Notes under the pieces: generated by a model
Databases searched by the model: none
Seen by the model: only the letters and a program-made list of their open reading frames with translations
What the model was told of the DNA's origin: nothing
Made by a program: the position numbers and the translations under genes
Assembly: GCA_964589775.1 (NCBI GenBank)
Contig: CAZPUN010000013.1
Coordinates: 3,863 to 67,862, forward strand
Direction of reading: 5' to 3'
Source of the DNA: an uncultured archaeon
Lineage (GTDB): Archaea > Asgardarchaeota > Thorarchaeia > Thorarchaeales > CAZPUN01
Length of the DNA: 64,000 nt
Shown: positions 50,470 through 59,629 of the stretch, one piece after another
How the letters are laid out: each line of letters opens with the position of its first letter
Position numbering within the stretch: position 1 is the stretch's first letter

Positions 50470-50700
50470 TCTCAATTTTATTTGCGATGACGAGATATTC
50501 CCACTATCGAGGGCGCGTTGAGAAATATCGATGATACGCTGCGCAATATGTGGGAAACATCTGAGCAAGCGCCGGAACTACAGAAACACCAGAATTCCTG
50601 GCACGAGAGAGCTCAGCAGAGGTGGACGGAATGTCCTGACTGTGAAGCTGAGTGTTAGTGCGTTAGGATACAGGTGTTCCTGTACCGGCGCTTTTAGATT
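50470..50700. other. GC-enriched (about 50%) non-coding island between convergent genes; candidate structured RNA
   Basis: Flanked by 30% GC DNA. No ORF of 60 aa or more. Local stems such as GGCGC...GCGCC and CCAG-AAUUC-CUGG. Confidence 0.3.
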
Positions 50701-51366
50701 TTAAATCTCAATTGTATCTCCAGGATTTAGAATGTGTGCTTTTGTATTTGGCGATTCTTTTTCGACGTATTTCATAAATTCATTAGGATCTTTCTCTATT
50801 ACCGGAAATGTGTTATAATGCATAGGTATTACATGTTTAACTCCTAATAGTTTAGTAGCAATAGCTGCTTCCTTAGGTCCCATTGTGAATGTCGAACCAA
50901 TCGGTAATAGTGCAATATCTGGTTTATAAACATCGCCTAATAATTTCATATCACCAAATAATCCAGTATCACCGGGATGATAAATTGTATGACTTGCAAA
51001 TTTCACAATGAAGCCGATAGGTGCCCCGATTGATGAAGAATGGAATGCTCGGGTCATAATTATTTCGGTATTTCCTAATTTATATGTACCACCAATATTC
51101 ATCCCTAATGTATTTTTCACTCCTTTTTCAGAAGCAACATTTGCTAATTCGAAGATACTCACAAAGGTTGCATTGGTTTTTTTAGCAATTTCTATGCCTT
51201 CATCTAGTCCATGGTCTCCATGATCATGAGAGACAAAAACAAAATCACATTTATTTATGTCATCAATTTTCATTTTTGAAGTTGGAGCTGATAACCATGG
51301 ATCAAAGAAAGCAATTACATCATCCTCAATTTTAAAACCTGCATGTCCTATGTATGTTATTTTCAT
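50701..51366 (-). CDS. MBL-fold metal-dependent hydrolase (UPF0173-like)
   Basis: HDHGDHG motif and beta-lactamase fold. Start taken at MKITYIGHAGF after GGTGG. Confidence 0.7.
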   Translation of the reverse strand: MKITYIGHAGFKIEDDVIAFFDPWLSAPTSKMKIDDINKCDFVFVSHDHGDHGLDEGIEIAKKTNATFVSIFELANVASEKGVKNTLGMNIGGTYKLGNTEIIMTRAFHSSSIGAPIGFIVKFASHTIYHPGDTGLFGDMKLLGDVYKPDIALLPIGSTFTMGPKEAAIATKLLGVKHVIPMHYNTFPVIEKDPNEFMKYVEKESPNTKAHILNPGDTIEI

Positions 51367-51434
51367 AATAACCACCTCATCCAAATCTTTAATTGTATTT
51401 ATGCATTTTAATTCATCGATTATATTATAGGAGG

Positions 51435-52337
51435 TTGAACACCTCGAACGATGAAATATTAGAAAAATATTTGTTAGCTGGAAAAATTGCTGCAAATGCA
51501 CGAGAAAAAGCTGCAGCATTAGTAAAGCCTGGTGCTATGGTACTTGAAATCTGTGAATTTGCAGAGAATTATATTCTTCAATCTGGTGCAAAGCTTGCAT
51601 TTCCGTGTAATATTTCCATTAATGAGATTGCTGCACATTATACACCTTTTGTTAATGATTTAACGAAAATACCAAAAAAAGGGCTTGTAAAAATTGATGT
51701 TGGGGCTCACATTGATGGATATATTGCAGATACAGCAAAAACTGTCGATATTGATGGTAGCTATCAAAAATTAACCGAGGCTTCGCTACATGCATTAACT
51801 ATGGCAATTGAGCACATGCGACCTGATGAATCTCTTTCCAACATTGGAAAAATTATCATGAATTCTATAAATTCATATGGATTTAAGCCGATTCGCAATT
51901 TAACTGGTCATCTACTTCAAAGATATATTTTACATGCCGGTAAAAGCGTTCCAAACGTTCCTATGAGTGGATTACCCAAAATAAAAGTTGATGAAGTTTA
52001 TGCGATTGAACCATTTGCGACTGATGGTGCTGGATCTATTTTTCAAATTCGCCATGGTCAAATTTTTAGTTGTGTAAAAAAACCAACATTCTTTGCGACA
52101 AAATCAAAGCGTGAACTCTGGAAGATACTAAAATCTAAATTTGGCACTCTACCGTTTGCAGCACGATGGCTTAAAGATACATGGAAAGAACCTGATGAAC
52201 GATTGCATAAACTAGCAAAATCACATCTTCTTTATGAATATCCTCCACTTATTGAATACAAACGTGGTATGGTTTCTCAATGGGAACACACAGTAATTGT
52301 AACATCAGAAGGTCCAATTATAACTACAAAAATATAA
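51435..52337 (+). CDS. map: methionine aminopeptidase type 2 (archaeal)
   Basis: FPCNISINEIAAHYTP and metal ligands D..D..H..E..E. Probable TTG start after AGGAGG. Confidence 0.8.
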   Translation: MNTSNDEILEKYLLAGKIAANAREKAAALVKPGAMVLEICEFAENYILQSGAKLAFPCNISINEIAAHYTPFVNDLTKIPKKGLVKIDVGAHIDGYIADTAKTVDIDGSYQKLTEASLHALTMAIEHMRPDESLSNIGKIIMNSINSYGFKPIRNLTGHLLQRYILHAGKSVPNVPMSGLPKIKVDEVYAIEPFATDGAGSIFQIRHGQIFSCVKKPTFFATKSKRELWKILKSKFGTLPFAARWLKDTWKEPDERLHKLAKSHLLYEYPPLIEYKRGMVSQWEHTVIVTSEGPIITTKI

Positions 52338-52347
52338 AAAAAAAGGA

Positions 52348-52740
52348 TTATAATTCGGGATTCTTTTCTTCCTCTTTTTCTACAAATATTCCCTTTATTA
52401 CTAATTCGGAATTACATTTTGGGCAATTTCCGACGACTTTAAAGATGTAATCATCATCTTTGAAGTTTCTTATTTCCTTAAATCCGCAAGATTTGCATAT
52501 TATAAGTGTATGTGTTTCAGGTTCAGGTTCTTCCGTAGTCCTCTTTGTTCCTGTTGATAATAATGTAAATGCTGTGGAAATTAGTAATAAAGCTATAAAG
52601 AAATTCAAATAATCATCTTGGGGATTTCCAAAAAACAAAAAATAACTTCCCAATGACATCAAAATGAATGCAATAATGGTTGTTATTAGTGATTTTATGT
52701 TGACTTTCATTTTATATACCAACTCCAATTGTATTTCCAA
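52348..52740 (-). CDS. membrane-anchored zinc-ribbon protein
   Basis: N-terminal TM helices and C-terminal CKSCGF..CPKCN. Confidence 0.35.
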   Translation of the reverse strand: MEIQLELVYKMKVNIKSLITTIIAFILMSLGSYFLFFGNPQDDYLNFFIALLLISTAFTLLSTGTKRTTEEPEPETHTLIICKSCGFKEIRNFKDDDYIFKVVGNCPKCNSELVIKGIFVEKEEEKNPEL

Positions 52741-53827
52741 TTCCAGCTAAGATTATGTGATCACCTGGTTTTGTTCTTTTCAATATCGCTTCTTCTATTG
52801 TTTTTACAATTTCATCGACAGTGTCCAATATTTGTTTATTCATTGTACCTACTGCTTCTGCTTCTGACTGTTTACATACTATTGCATCGATTGGTATGTT
52901 TCTTTCTGTTGCTGTTTGTTCAATTGCATATTTTTCCGGCCCTGGATCACCAATAGCGGCTCCGACACCCTCTACAATCGTTCCCGTCTTTTCGCCTTCT
53001 AGTTTTAGTGCAGCATCAACAGTTATGATCCGTTTAATTTCATTTTTATGAAGATCTATCATTTTTTTAATAGCAAAACCTGGTTTTCCAACTCTTCCTC
53101 CCGGTCCAGTAGCGCGAATAACATATATTGTTCTTCCTTCAAAATTCACCTGATAATATCCAATTTCTTTTTCAAAGTTGTCATGATATTCAGGTGCATT
53201 ATGTTTTTTAGCAAAGGTGGTAACTGATAATGGGCCAATACTATCTCCGATGGGTTTTCCTTTTGAAAATGGATCTATTGCTTTTGCATATGATTTCGCT
53301 AATCTCATAATGTCTGCTAATTGCATCTGTAATTGCATAATTATTAGAGTACTTCCTGTCTTTTTACCTAAAATCCAATAATGTCTTACAATTCTAAAAA
53401 TTAAATTTAATACCATAGCTACTTCGACTGTATTTTCTAAATTGCTCCGTGTAACTTCATTTGCATTTGGTGCAATGTCTTTGATAAATTCTTCAAATCT
53501 TTCTTTTCGTGTCTCAATTAAATGCTCAAGTCTATCTAAAACACCTGCTGGATCTTTATCAACAGGTTCTATTGTAAAGAATTCCAAGAATTTTTCAAAT
53601 TTTTCTTTTGGATCTTTTCCTTCTTCAGTATACTTCTTTATGACTTCTAGCGCCTTTTCTTTGCTATTTATCATCATTATTCGTAATTCTATTAAAGCAG
53701 ATTCTATTTGTCTTAACCACATATGTAATTGAAATTTTTGACCGTATAGAGAAAATACTATTATAAAGACTAAGAATGCTATGTTTATAATCCAACCAAA
53801 ATCTGATGTATCATTAAGAAATTGCAT
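52712..53827 (-). CDS. conserved hypothetical protein with N-terminal TM anchor
   Basis: 371-aa ORF with segments GPGGRVGKPGF and GDPGPEKYAIE. Family not identified. Confidence 0.35.
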   Translation of the reverse strand: MQFLNDTSDFGWIINIAFLVFIIVFSLYGQKFQLHMWLRQIESALIELRIMMINSKEKALEVIKKYTEEGKDPKEKFEKFLEFFTIEPVDKDPAGVLDRLEHLIETRKERFEEFIKDIAPNANEVTRSNLENTVEVAMVLNLIFRIVRHYWILGKKTGSTLIIMQLQMQLADIMRLAKSYAKAIDPFSKGKPIGDSIGPLSVTTFAKKHNAPEYHDNFEKEIGYYQVNFEGRTIYVIRATGPGGRVGKPGFAIKKMIDLHKNEIKRIITVDAALKLEGEKTGTIVEGVGAAIGDPGPEKYAIEQTATERNIPIDAIVCKQSEAEAVGTMNKQILDTVDEIVKTIEEAILKRTKPGDHIILAGIGNTIGVGI

Positions 53828-53908
53828 TTTACCTCACTTGTTCTTCTAATTTACTTGCATAATTTCAATAAATGAAACTTATAAAACTAGTTCTGATTGC
53901 ATTCGTGG

Positions 53909-53983
53909 TGGGCTGGGGGAGATTTGAACTCCCGACCTCTTGAGCCCAAGTCAAGAATCATAGCCAAGCTAGACTACCAGCCC
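53909..53983 (-). tRNA. tRNA-Pro (UGG), intronless, CCA encoded
   Basis: Reverse complement GGGCUGG..CUUGA-CUUGGGC-UCAAG..GGGAG-UUCAAAU-CUCCC-CCAGCCC-A-CCA. Confidence 0.8.
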
Positions 53984-53987
53984 ATGG

Positions 53988-54077
53988 AGCCCCGGGCGGG
54001 ACTTGAACCCGCGGCCTCCTCCTTACCAAGGAGGCGATTTGGCCCTTTACTTGTCTAACCAACTGAGCTACCGAGGC
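53988..54077 (-). tRNA. tRNA-Thr (GGU), about 90 nt, with roughly 18 unassigned nt between D-arm and anticodon stem (putative small non-canonical intron)
   Basis: Acceptor GCCUCGG/CCGGGGC, anticodon arm CCUCC-UUGGUAA-GGAGG, T-arm GCGGG-UUCAAGU-CCCGC. Lies 1 nt from tRNA-Pro. Confidence 0.5.
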
Positions 54078-54132
54078 AACGTGTTCATTCATTTTTCTTT
54101 TGCTTTAAAAATCTTTTTTAAATGGTATATGG

Positions 54133-54331
54133 TGGGGTCGACGAGATTTGAACTCGTGACCATTACCCCGAATTGCAGCGTATGCAATTCGCACAGGTTT
54201 CTCAAGGCTTGCCTCTCCAGAAGTTCATCATCTGATCATCAGCAAACCTGTGTTGGCGCACAGCCTTCTGGAGCCTGCCGCGATTCAGGGCTTTTGGTAT
54301 GACCAAGCATACCTGACTTCGCCACGACCCC
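54133..54331 (-). tRNA. tRNA-Trp (CCA) with a large box C/D-containing intron and probably two further small introns
   Basis: Acceptor GGGGUCG/CGACCCC, T-arm ACGAG-UUCAAAU-CUCGU, D-stem GCGA/UCGC, anticodon loop CUCCAGA. The interior carries UGAUGA twice, CUGA, and CUUCUGGAG antisense to the anticodon loop. Confidence 0.55.
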
Positions 54332-54491
54332 ATCTATATTCATCAAATAATGAGTTAACATTATAAAATAAACATTTCGATAATATCCTATCTGGGCGCT
54401 TTATTTTATGGCGCCTGTATATAATCTAAATTATATACTTTGTGCAATTAAAGAAAACTTTATTTACAAAACTTATGATACTATGAATCGG

Positions 54492-54613
54492 TATGCTGGC
54501 CATAGGTGGTGGTGATACGCCTGTTCCCATCTGAACACAGAAGCTAAGACCACTACCGGTCCGCGTAGTAGTGCGGTGCGCGAGCCCGTGCAAGCCGCGG
54601 ATAGCTAGCAGCC
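54492..54613 (+). rRNA. rrf: 5S ribosomal RNA (stand-alone)
   Basis: GCCAUAGGUGGUGG..CCCAUCUGAACACAGAAGCUAAG..CCGCGUAGUAGUGCGG. Helix I UGCUGGC pairs with GCUAGCA. Confidence 0.8.
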
Positions 54614-54725
54614 ATTCTCTTCTTATTCTAATATCTCTGCTTATTAAATGGCATGAGATAACTATATCCAAAAATATACCTAACAAAAAGATTTAAACAT
54701 AAAATATAATAAAATAAGAGTGTGT

Positions 54726-54861
54726 GCGGAGGTATCCAAGCCCGGTCAAAGCCTGTCGGCTTACCGACGACTACCTCTGAGAATGGGGTCAGGCGATCTA
54801 AGGAGCCAGACTTAAGATCTGGTCGAGTAGTCGTTCGCGTGTTCAAATCGCGCCCTCCGCA
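54726..54861 (+). tRNA. tRNA-Leu (UAA) with a 50-nt intron in the D-loop
   Basis: Acceptor GCGGAGG/CCUCCGC, D-stem UCC/GGA split by the intron, anticodon arm CCAGA-CUUAAGA-UCUGG, 14-nt V-arm, T-arm GCGUG-UUCAAAU-CGCGC. Confidence 0.6.
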
Positions 54862-54900
54862 CCAGCTTTATTCTCATAAATCTTTACAAATAGTTCAGGA

Positions 54901-56232
54901 TTGATGTCTTTGGTCGATTACATTGGTAAAGCCAAATCCGTAGTGGATAAATTTGGTATTCATGTTGGAGATCTTATTGAAATAAAAACCAATAGTGGCT
55001 CATATATTGGAAGATTACTCCCTCGATCTCATTATGAAGGCGCTGATGAATTTATTGTTGTTAAACTAACAAATGGTTATAATATTGGTATTTCTGTTGA
55101 AAAGATAAATTCCATAACTCTATTAGAATCTCTTGAAAATAAAAAGAATGAGCCTCCTAAAACATTTCAAAAGAAAAAGGATTTACCTCACGTGGTTTTG
55201 ATAAGTACTGGTGGTACGATATCTAGTAAAATCGATTATTCTACTGGTGCTGTTAGTCCTGCATTAACGGCAGAGGATCTATATCTTGCAGTGCCTGAAT
55301 TAAAAGAAATTGTAAATATTGAAGTTGATGTTTTATTTAATGAATTAAGTGAAAATATATATCCCGAGCATTGGGAAAAACTTGCTGAGCGCATATTTCA
55401 TCATATTGAAAATGGTGTTGATGGAATTATTGTGGCACATGGCACTGACACATTAGGTTACACTGCTGCAGCTTTGAGTTTCGCGCTTCAAAATCTTCCA
55501 GTTCCAATAGTTTTGGTAGGTTCTCAACGTTCGAGTGATCGTCCTTCCTCAGATGCATTTATTAATTTACGTTCGGCAGCTGTTGTTGCAGGTTATGCAA
55601 ATCTTGCAGAAGTTGTTGTTGTAATGCATTCAACAACTAGTGATGATATTGTTGGGGTATTCAGGGGTACAAAAGTTCGAAAAATGCATACAAGTGCACG
55701 AAATGCATTCGTATCTATTAACATACCTCCTTTGGGATTTGTAAAAGGAATGAAATATATTGAGAACATTGCTCCAATTCGTACTCGAAATAAAAATCGT
55801 AAAATTTTATTGAAGAATAAATTTGATAAAAAAGTTGCATTAGTTTATTCCTATCCTGGATTGTTATCGGATATTTTCACTGAACTAATAAATAATAGGT
55901 ATTCTGGAATCCTTATTGCAGGTACTGGTCTTGGGCATATATCAAATAGGCTTCATAAGGTTCTCAAGTCTGCGATTGAAAATGATATTGTTATTGCGAT
56001 AGCCTCCCAATGTATTTTTGGTCGCACAAATTTGAATGTCTATAGTACTGGAGTAAACCTGCAAAAAATTGGAATAATTGAATCTCAAGATATGTTTCCT
56101 GAAACTGCATATGTAAAATTATTGTGGGCGCTTTCCAACTATTCTAAGGACAAGGCAATTTCTATTTTCCAAGAGAATATAGTTGGTGAAATTATTGGTC
56201 GTACTTATCCTGAAACTATTTTTAATAGGTGA
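54901..56232 (+). CDS. gatD: Glu-tRNA(Gln) amidotransferase subunit D
   Basis: Asparaginase-like VVLISTGGTISSKIDYSTG and HGTDT motifs. 443 aa. Confidence 0.85.
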   Translation: MMSLVDYIGKAKSVVDKFGIHVGDLIEIKTNSGSYIGRLLPRSHYEGADEFIVVKLTNGYNIGISVEKINSITLLESLENKKNEPPKTFQKKKDLPHVVLISTGGTISSKIDYSTGAVSPALTAEDLYLAVPELKEIVNIEVDVLFNELSENIYPEHWEKLAERIFHHIENGVDGIIVAHGTDTLGYTAAALSFALQNLPVPIVLVGSQRSSDRPSSDAFINLRSAAVVAGYANLAEVVVVMHSTTSDDIVGVFRGTKVRKMHTSARNAFVSINIPPLGFVKGMKYIENIAPIRTRNKNRKILLKNKFDKKVALVYSYPGLLSDIFTELINNRYSGILIAGTGLGHISNRLHKVLKSAIENDIVIAIASQCIFGRTNLNVYSTGVNLQKIGIIESQDMFPETAYVKLLWALSNYSKDKAISIFQENIVGEIIGRTYPETIFNR

Positions 56233-58124
56233 GATTAATGAATTATTCTGAAATTAAGTTAAAAGTTGGTCTAGAAATTCATCAACAATTAGACACTAAA
56301 ACGAAATTATTCTGTGAATGTCCAACAATATTACGTGATGATGATCCTTCTGGTGTATTCATAAGAGAACTTCGCCCAACAATGAGCGAGCTGGGTATAA
56401 TTGATCAAGCTGCAATATTTGAATCTAAAAAGGTAAGAAAATTTGAATATGAATTTTATAATGACTCAACTTGCCTAGTTGAACTTGATGAAGAACCCCC
56501 ACATGCATTAAACGAAGAGGCAATAGATATATGCCTTACAATGGCTTTGTTGTTAAATTCTGAACCACTAGATGAAATTCATGTTATGAGAAAAATTGTT
56601 ATCGATGGTTCAAATACTTCTGGTTTTCAAAGAACATCGATAATTAGTATGGGCGGTTCTGTTTCTGTTGGCGACATTAATTGTAGAATACAAACTATAT
56701 GTCTAGAAGAAGATGCAGCCAGAAAAATAAACGAAGATACTAAAAATGGAATTGTGCGTTATAGATTGGATCGCTTAGGTATTCCACTTATTGAGATTGC
56801 AACTGCACCCGATATTCATACTCCTTCTGCAGCACAAAAAGTTGCATTACGAATCGGAAAGTTACTAAGAACAACCGGTAAAGTAAAACGCGGCCTTGGA
56901 ACTATCAGACAGGATGTAAATATTTCCATCTTAGATGGTCCAGTTATTGAAATTAAGGGAATTCAGCAGCTCGATCTGATAGAGAAAGTTGTCGAAATTG
57001 AGGCGAAAAGACAACTTGAATTAATCAATATTATGAATGAACTAAGAAAGCGTAATGTAACTGCTAAAGATTTATCGAACGAAAAACATGACATAACTGA
57101 TTTATTGCAATATTCGAAATCAAAAATTATCAAAAGAGCATTAAAGCAAAAGGCAAAAATATTAGCTATAAAACTAAACGGATTTAGTGGCTTGTTGGGC
57201 CGAGAAATACAACCTGGTAAGAGATTTGGAAAGGAATTGGCATATTATGCTGGCTTTTATGGTGGTGTAAAAGGAATTTTTCATTCAGATGAATTACCTA
57301 ATTATGGAATTACGCAAGATGAAGTTGATAAAATTAAGAAATTTCTAAATTGTAGTTCGCAAGATGCATTTGTACTTGTTGCTGCGCCTAAAGTATCTGC
57401 TGAAAAAGCATTAGATGGTGTCTTTGAACGTGTTCTTATGGCTTTTTCTGGAATTCCTGAAGAGACCCGCAAAGCTGAATCTGATGGTACAACTTCATAT
57501 TTGCGACCAAGACCTGGCGCAGCCAGAATGTATCCCGAAACTGATGTTCGTCCTGTTATTATTTCTAATGAACGCATTAATAAAATTAAAGATAATTTAC
57601 CTGAACTTCCAGAAGAAAAAGTCAATCGATATATCAAAGAATACAATTTAAATGAAGAATTAGCTGATGAACTTGTATCTTCTCCAGATTTTATATTGTT
57701 TGAAAAGCTTTTGAGTGACGTTGACATAACTCCAAAAATTATCGCTACATATTTACTAAATACGTTCAGGACTTTAAGGCGAAATAACATTCCTGTTGAT
57801 GACATTCCTTATGAACGTATTGTACAAATTCTTAAACTATTAAAAGATAAAAAGATCGCAAAAGAGGCGCTACCTGAGATTACCGAAAAAATCGCATTGA
57901 ATCCTAAAATCGAAATTTCCAGTTTTGTATCTTCAATAACAATATCAGATCTTGATAAGATTATTTCAAAAATAGTACAACAAAAACATGATTTTATTCT
58001 CGAACGAGGTGAACGTGCATTAAGTCCTCTTATGGGTGTCGTAATGAAAGAAGTGCGTGGTAAGATCGATGGAAAAACTGTACGTGAACACTTGAAAAAA
58101 GCTATTGATGATGCACTAAAGTAA
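56229..58124 (+). CDS. gatE: Glu-tRNA(Gln) amidotransferase subunit E
   Basis: 631 aa with a GatB-like core. ATGA overlap with gatD. Confidence 0.8.
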   Translation: MRLMNYSEIKLKVGLEIHQQLDTKTKLFCECPTILRDDDPSGVFIRELRPTMSELGIIDQAAIFESKKVRKFEYEFYNDSTCLVELDEEPPHALNEEAIDICLTMALLLNSEPLDEIHVMRKIVIDGSNTSGFQRTSIISMGGSVSVGDINCRIQTICLEEDAARKINEDTKNGIVRYRLDRLGIPLIEIATAPDIHTPSAAQKVALRIGKLLRTTGKVKRGLGTIRQDVNISILDGPVIEIKGIQQLDLIEKVVEIEAKRQLELINIMNELRKRNVTAKDLSNEKHDITDLLQYSKSKIIKRALKQKAKILAIKLNGFSGLLGREIQPGKRFGKELAYYAGFYGGVKGIFHSDELPNYGITQDEVDKIKKFLNCSSQDAFVLVAAPKVSAEKALDGVFERVLMAFSGIPEETRKAESDGTTSYLRPRPGAARMYPETDVRPVIISNERINKIKDNLPELPEEKVNRYIKEYNLNEELADELVSSPDFILFEKLLSDVDITPKIIATYLLNTFRTLRRNNIPVDDIPYERIVQILKLLKDKKIAKEALPEITEKIALNPKIEISSFVSSITISDLDKIISKIVQQKHDFILERGERALSPLMGVVMKEVRGKIDGKTVREHLKKAIDDALK

Positions 58125-58183
58125 ATCTCATCATCAATCAATATATTTTTTAAGGAAAATGACATTTCACACTATGTGATAAT

Positions 58184-58311
58184 GCCGGGGTTGCCTAGCC
58201 TGGTTATGGTTAAAAGCAATTTAACCGCCAAAGGGCGCCAGACTCATAATCTATTCAAAAAGGGGTCGATGAGCTATCTGGAGGTCGCGCGTTCGAACCG
58301 CGCCCCCGGCA
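58184..58311 (+). tRNA. tRNA-Met/Ile2 (CAU) with a D-loop intron (about 25 nt) and a canonical 37/38 intron (about 27 nt)
   Basis: Acceptor GCCGGGG/CCCCGGC, D-stem GCC/GGC, anticodon arm CCAGA-CUCAUA...A-UCUGG, T-arm GCGCG-UUCGAAC-CGCGC. Confidence 0.55.
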
Positions 58312-58369
58312 CTAATTTTAGCAAAAAAGTCTAAAATACTAAAAGTATGATTTTGTTTTGGTGAATGTT

Positions 58370-59578
58370 ATGAGCCTTCCTTTCAAAACTCTTGATGATA
58401 TTAATCTAACTGGCAAAAAGGTATTAGTAAGAGCCGAATTAAATTCGCCCATTGATCCCTCTAGCAAAAAAATTCTTGATACTTCTCGGATTGATTCTCT
58501 TAAAAAAACATTAGATGAATTGAGCAATTCTGCGATAGTAATAATAGCTCATCAGGGACGACCTGGCTCTGATGATTTCATAGATCTTTCGCCACATGCT
58601 GAACGATTAAGAGAGTTGGGATATAATGTAAAATTTGTAGATGATATTATTGGAACAAAATCAATTAATGCGATCAAAAATCTAAAAATTGGAGAAATCT
58701 TAGTATTGGATAATGTTCGTAAAATTCCTGAAGAAATTAAAAAAATGTCATTTGAAGATGCTTCTAAGACTCAGCTAGTAAAAACACTTGCGCCATTATT
58801 TGATTCATTCATTCAAGATGCTTTTGGAGTAGCACACAGAGCACAGCCTTCTGTAATTGGATTTCCTGAACTTTTGCCTAGTGTAGCAGGTAGACTTGTT
58901 GAACGTGAATATCGTGCATTATCTACACTGGTGGAAAATATAAAGCATCCATATGTTGTAGTTTTAGGTGGCGCCAAATTATCTACAAAGATTCCATTTA
59001 TTGAACACCTATTAGAAAATGAAATGGTTGATTTCGTATTAACTGGCGGTTTGGTATCAAATGTTTTCTTATATGTTAGTGGAATTAGAATGGATAGTAA
59101 AAACATACAAAAGGCAGATGATACTATAATAAAAATCGCCAAGCGAATATTTGAAAAGTATTCTGACAAAATTATTATTCCTAAAGATGTTGCATATGAA
59201 CATAATGGAAAGCGTGAAGAAATTAAAATAAGTGAAAAATCTGTGATTAACTTCCCGATTTTTGATATAGGACATGAGACTATTTCTGAATATTCGCAAA
59301 TTATAAAATCTGCAAAAACAATATTTGCAAATGGTCCCTTGGGCTATTTTGAAAACTCACTATTTACAGAGGGTACTGATGCTATTATTGATGTTTTTAG
59401 ATCTATAGATGCAAATATTATTGTTGGTGGTGGTCATTTAGGTGCTGTAATTTCCAGCAAATCTATTCCATCTAATATATATATTAGCACAGGTGGAGGC
59501 GCAGCATTAGCTTTTGTCTCAGGAAAAGAATTACCTTTGTTTGAAGCTCTAAAACGTTCATATTTAAAATTTAATTAA
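58370..59578 (+). CDS. pgk: phosphoglycerate kinase
   Basis: N-terminal MSLPFKTLDDINLTGKKVLVRAELNSP and C-terminal GGGA motif. 402 aa. Confidence 0.85.
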   Translation: MSLPFKTLDDINLTGKKVLVRAELNSPIDPSSKKILDTSRIDSLKKTLDELSNSAIVIIAHQGRPGSDDFIDLSPHAERLRELGYNVKFVDDIIGTKSINAIKNLKIGEILVLDNVRKIPEEIKKMSFEDASKTQLVKTLAPLFDSFIQDAFGVAHRAQPSVIGFPELLPSVAGRLVEREYRALSTLVENIKHPYVVVLGGAKLSTKIPFIEHLLENEMVDFVLTGGLVSNVFLYVSGIRMDSKNIQKADDTIIKIAKRIFEKYSDKIIIPKDVAYEHNGKREEIKISEKSVINFPIFDIGHETISEYSQIIKSAKTIFANGPLGYFENSLFTEGTDAIIDVFRSIDANIIVGGGHLGAVISSKSIPSNIYISTGGGAALAFVSGKELPLFEALKRSYLKFN

Positions 59579-59629
59579 GTATATCACTAAGCAAATATTT
59601 TTATTTTTTATTTTCATGTTATTTTGTGT

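Noticed and set aside
50487-50666. 59-aa ORF (MIRCAICGKHLSKRRN...) in the GC-rich island as a small zinc-finger gene
   Set aside because: It falls below the ORF cutoff and has no convincing RBS. Its composition is driven by the GC island. It is kept only as a possibility inside the ncRNA-candidate finding.
54492-54613. Whether the 5S rRNA marks an rRNA operon
   Set aside because: No 16S or 23S-like sequence exists anywhere in the window, so the 5S gene is stand-alone.
54003-54846. ORFs 54003-54302(+), 54426-54686(-), 54628-54846(-) and 54722-54904(+)
   Set aside because: All lie within or across tRNA-Thr, tRNA-Trp, 5S rRNA or tRNA-Leu. They are spurious translations of structural RNA.
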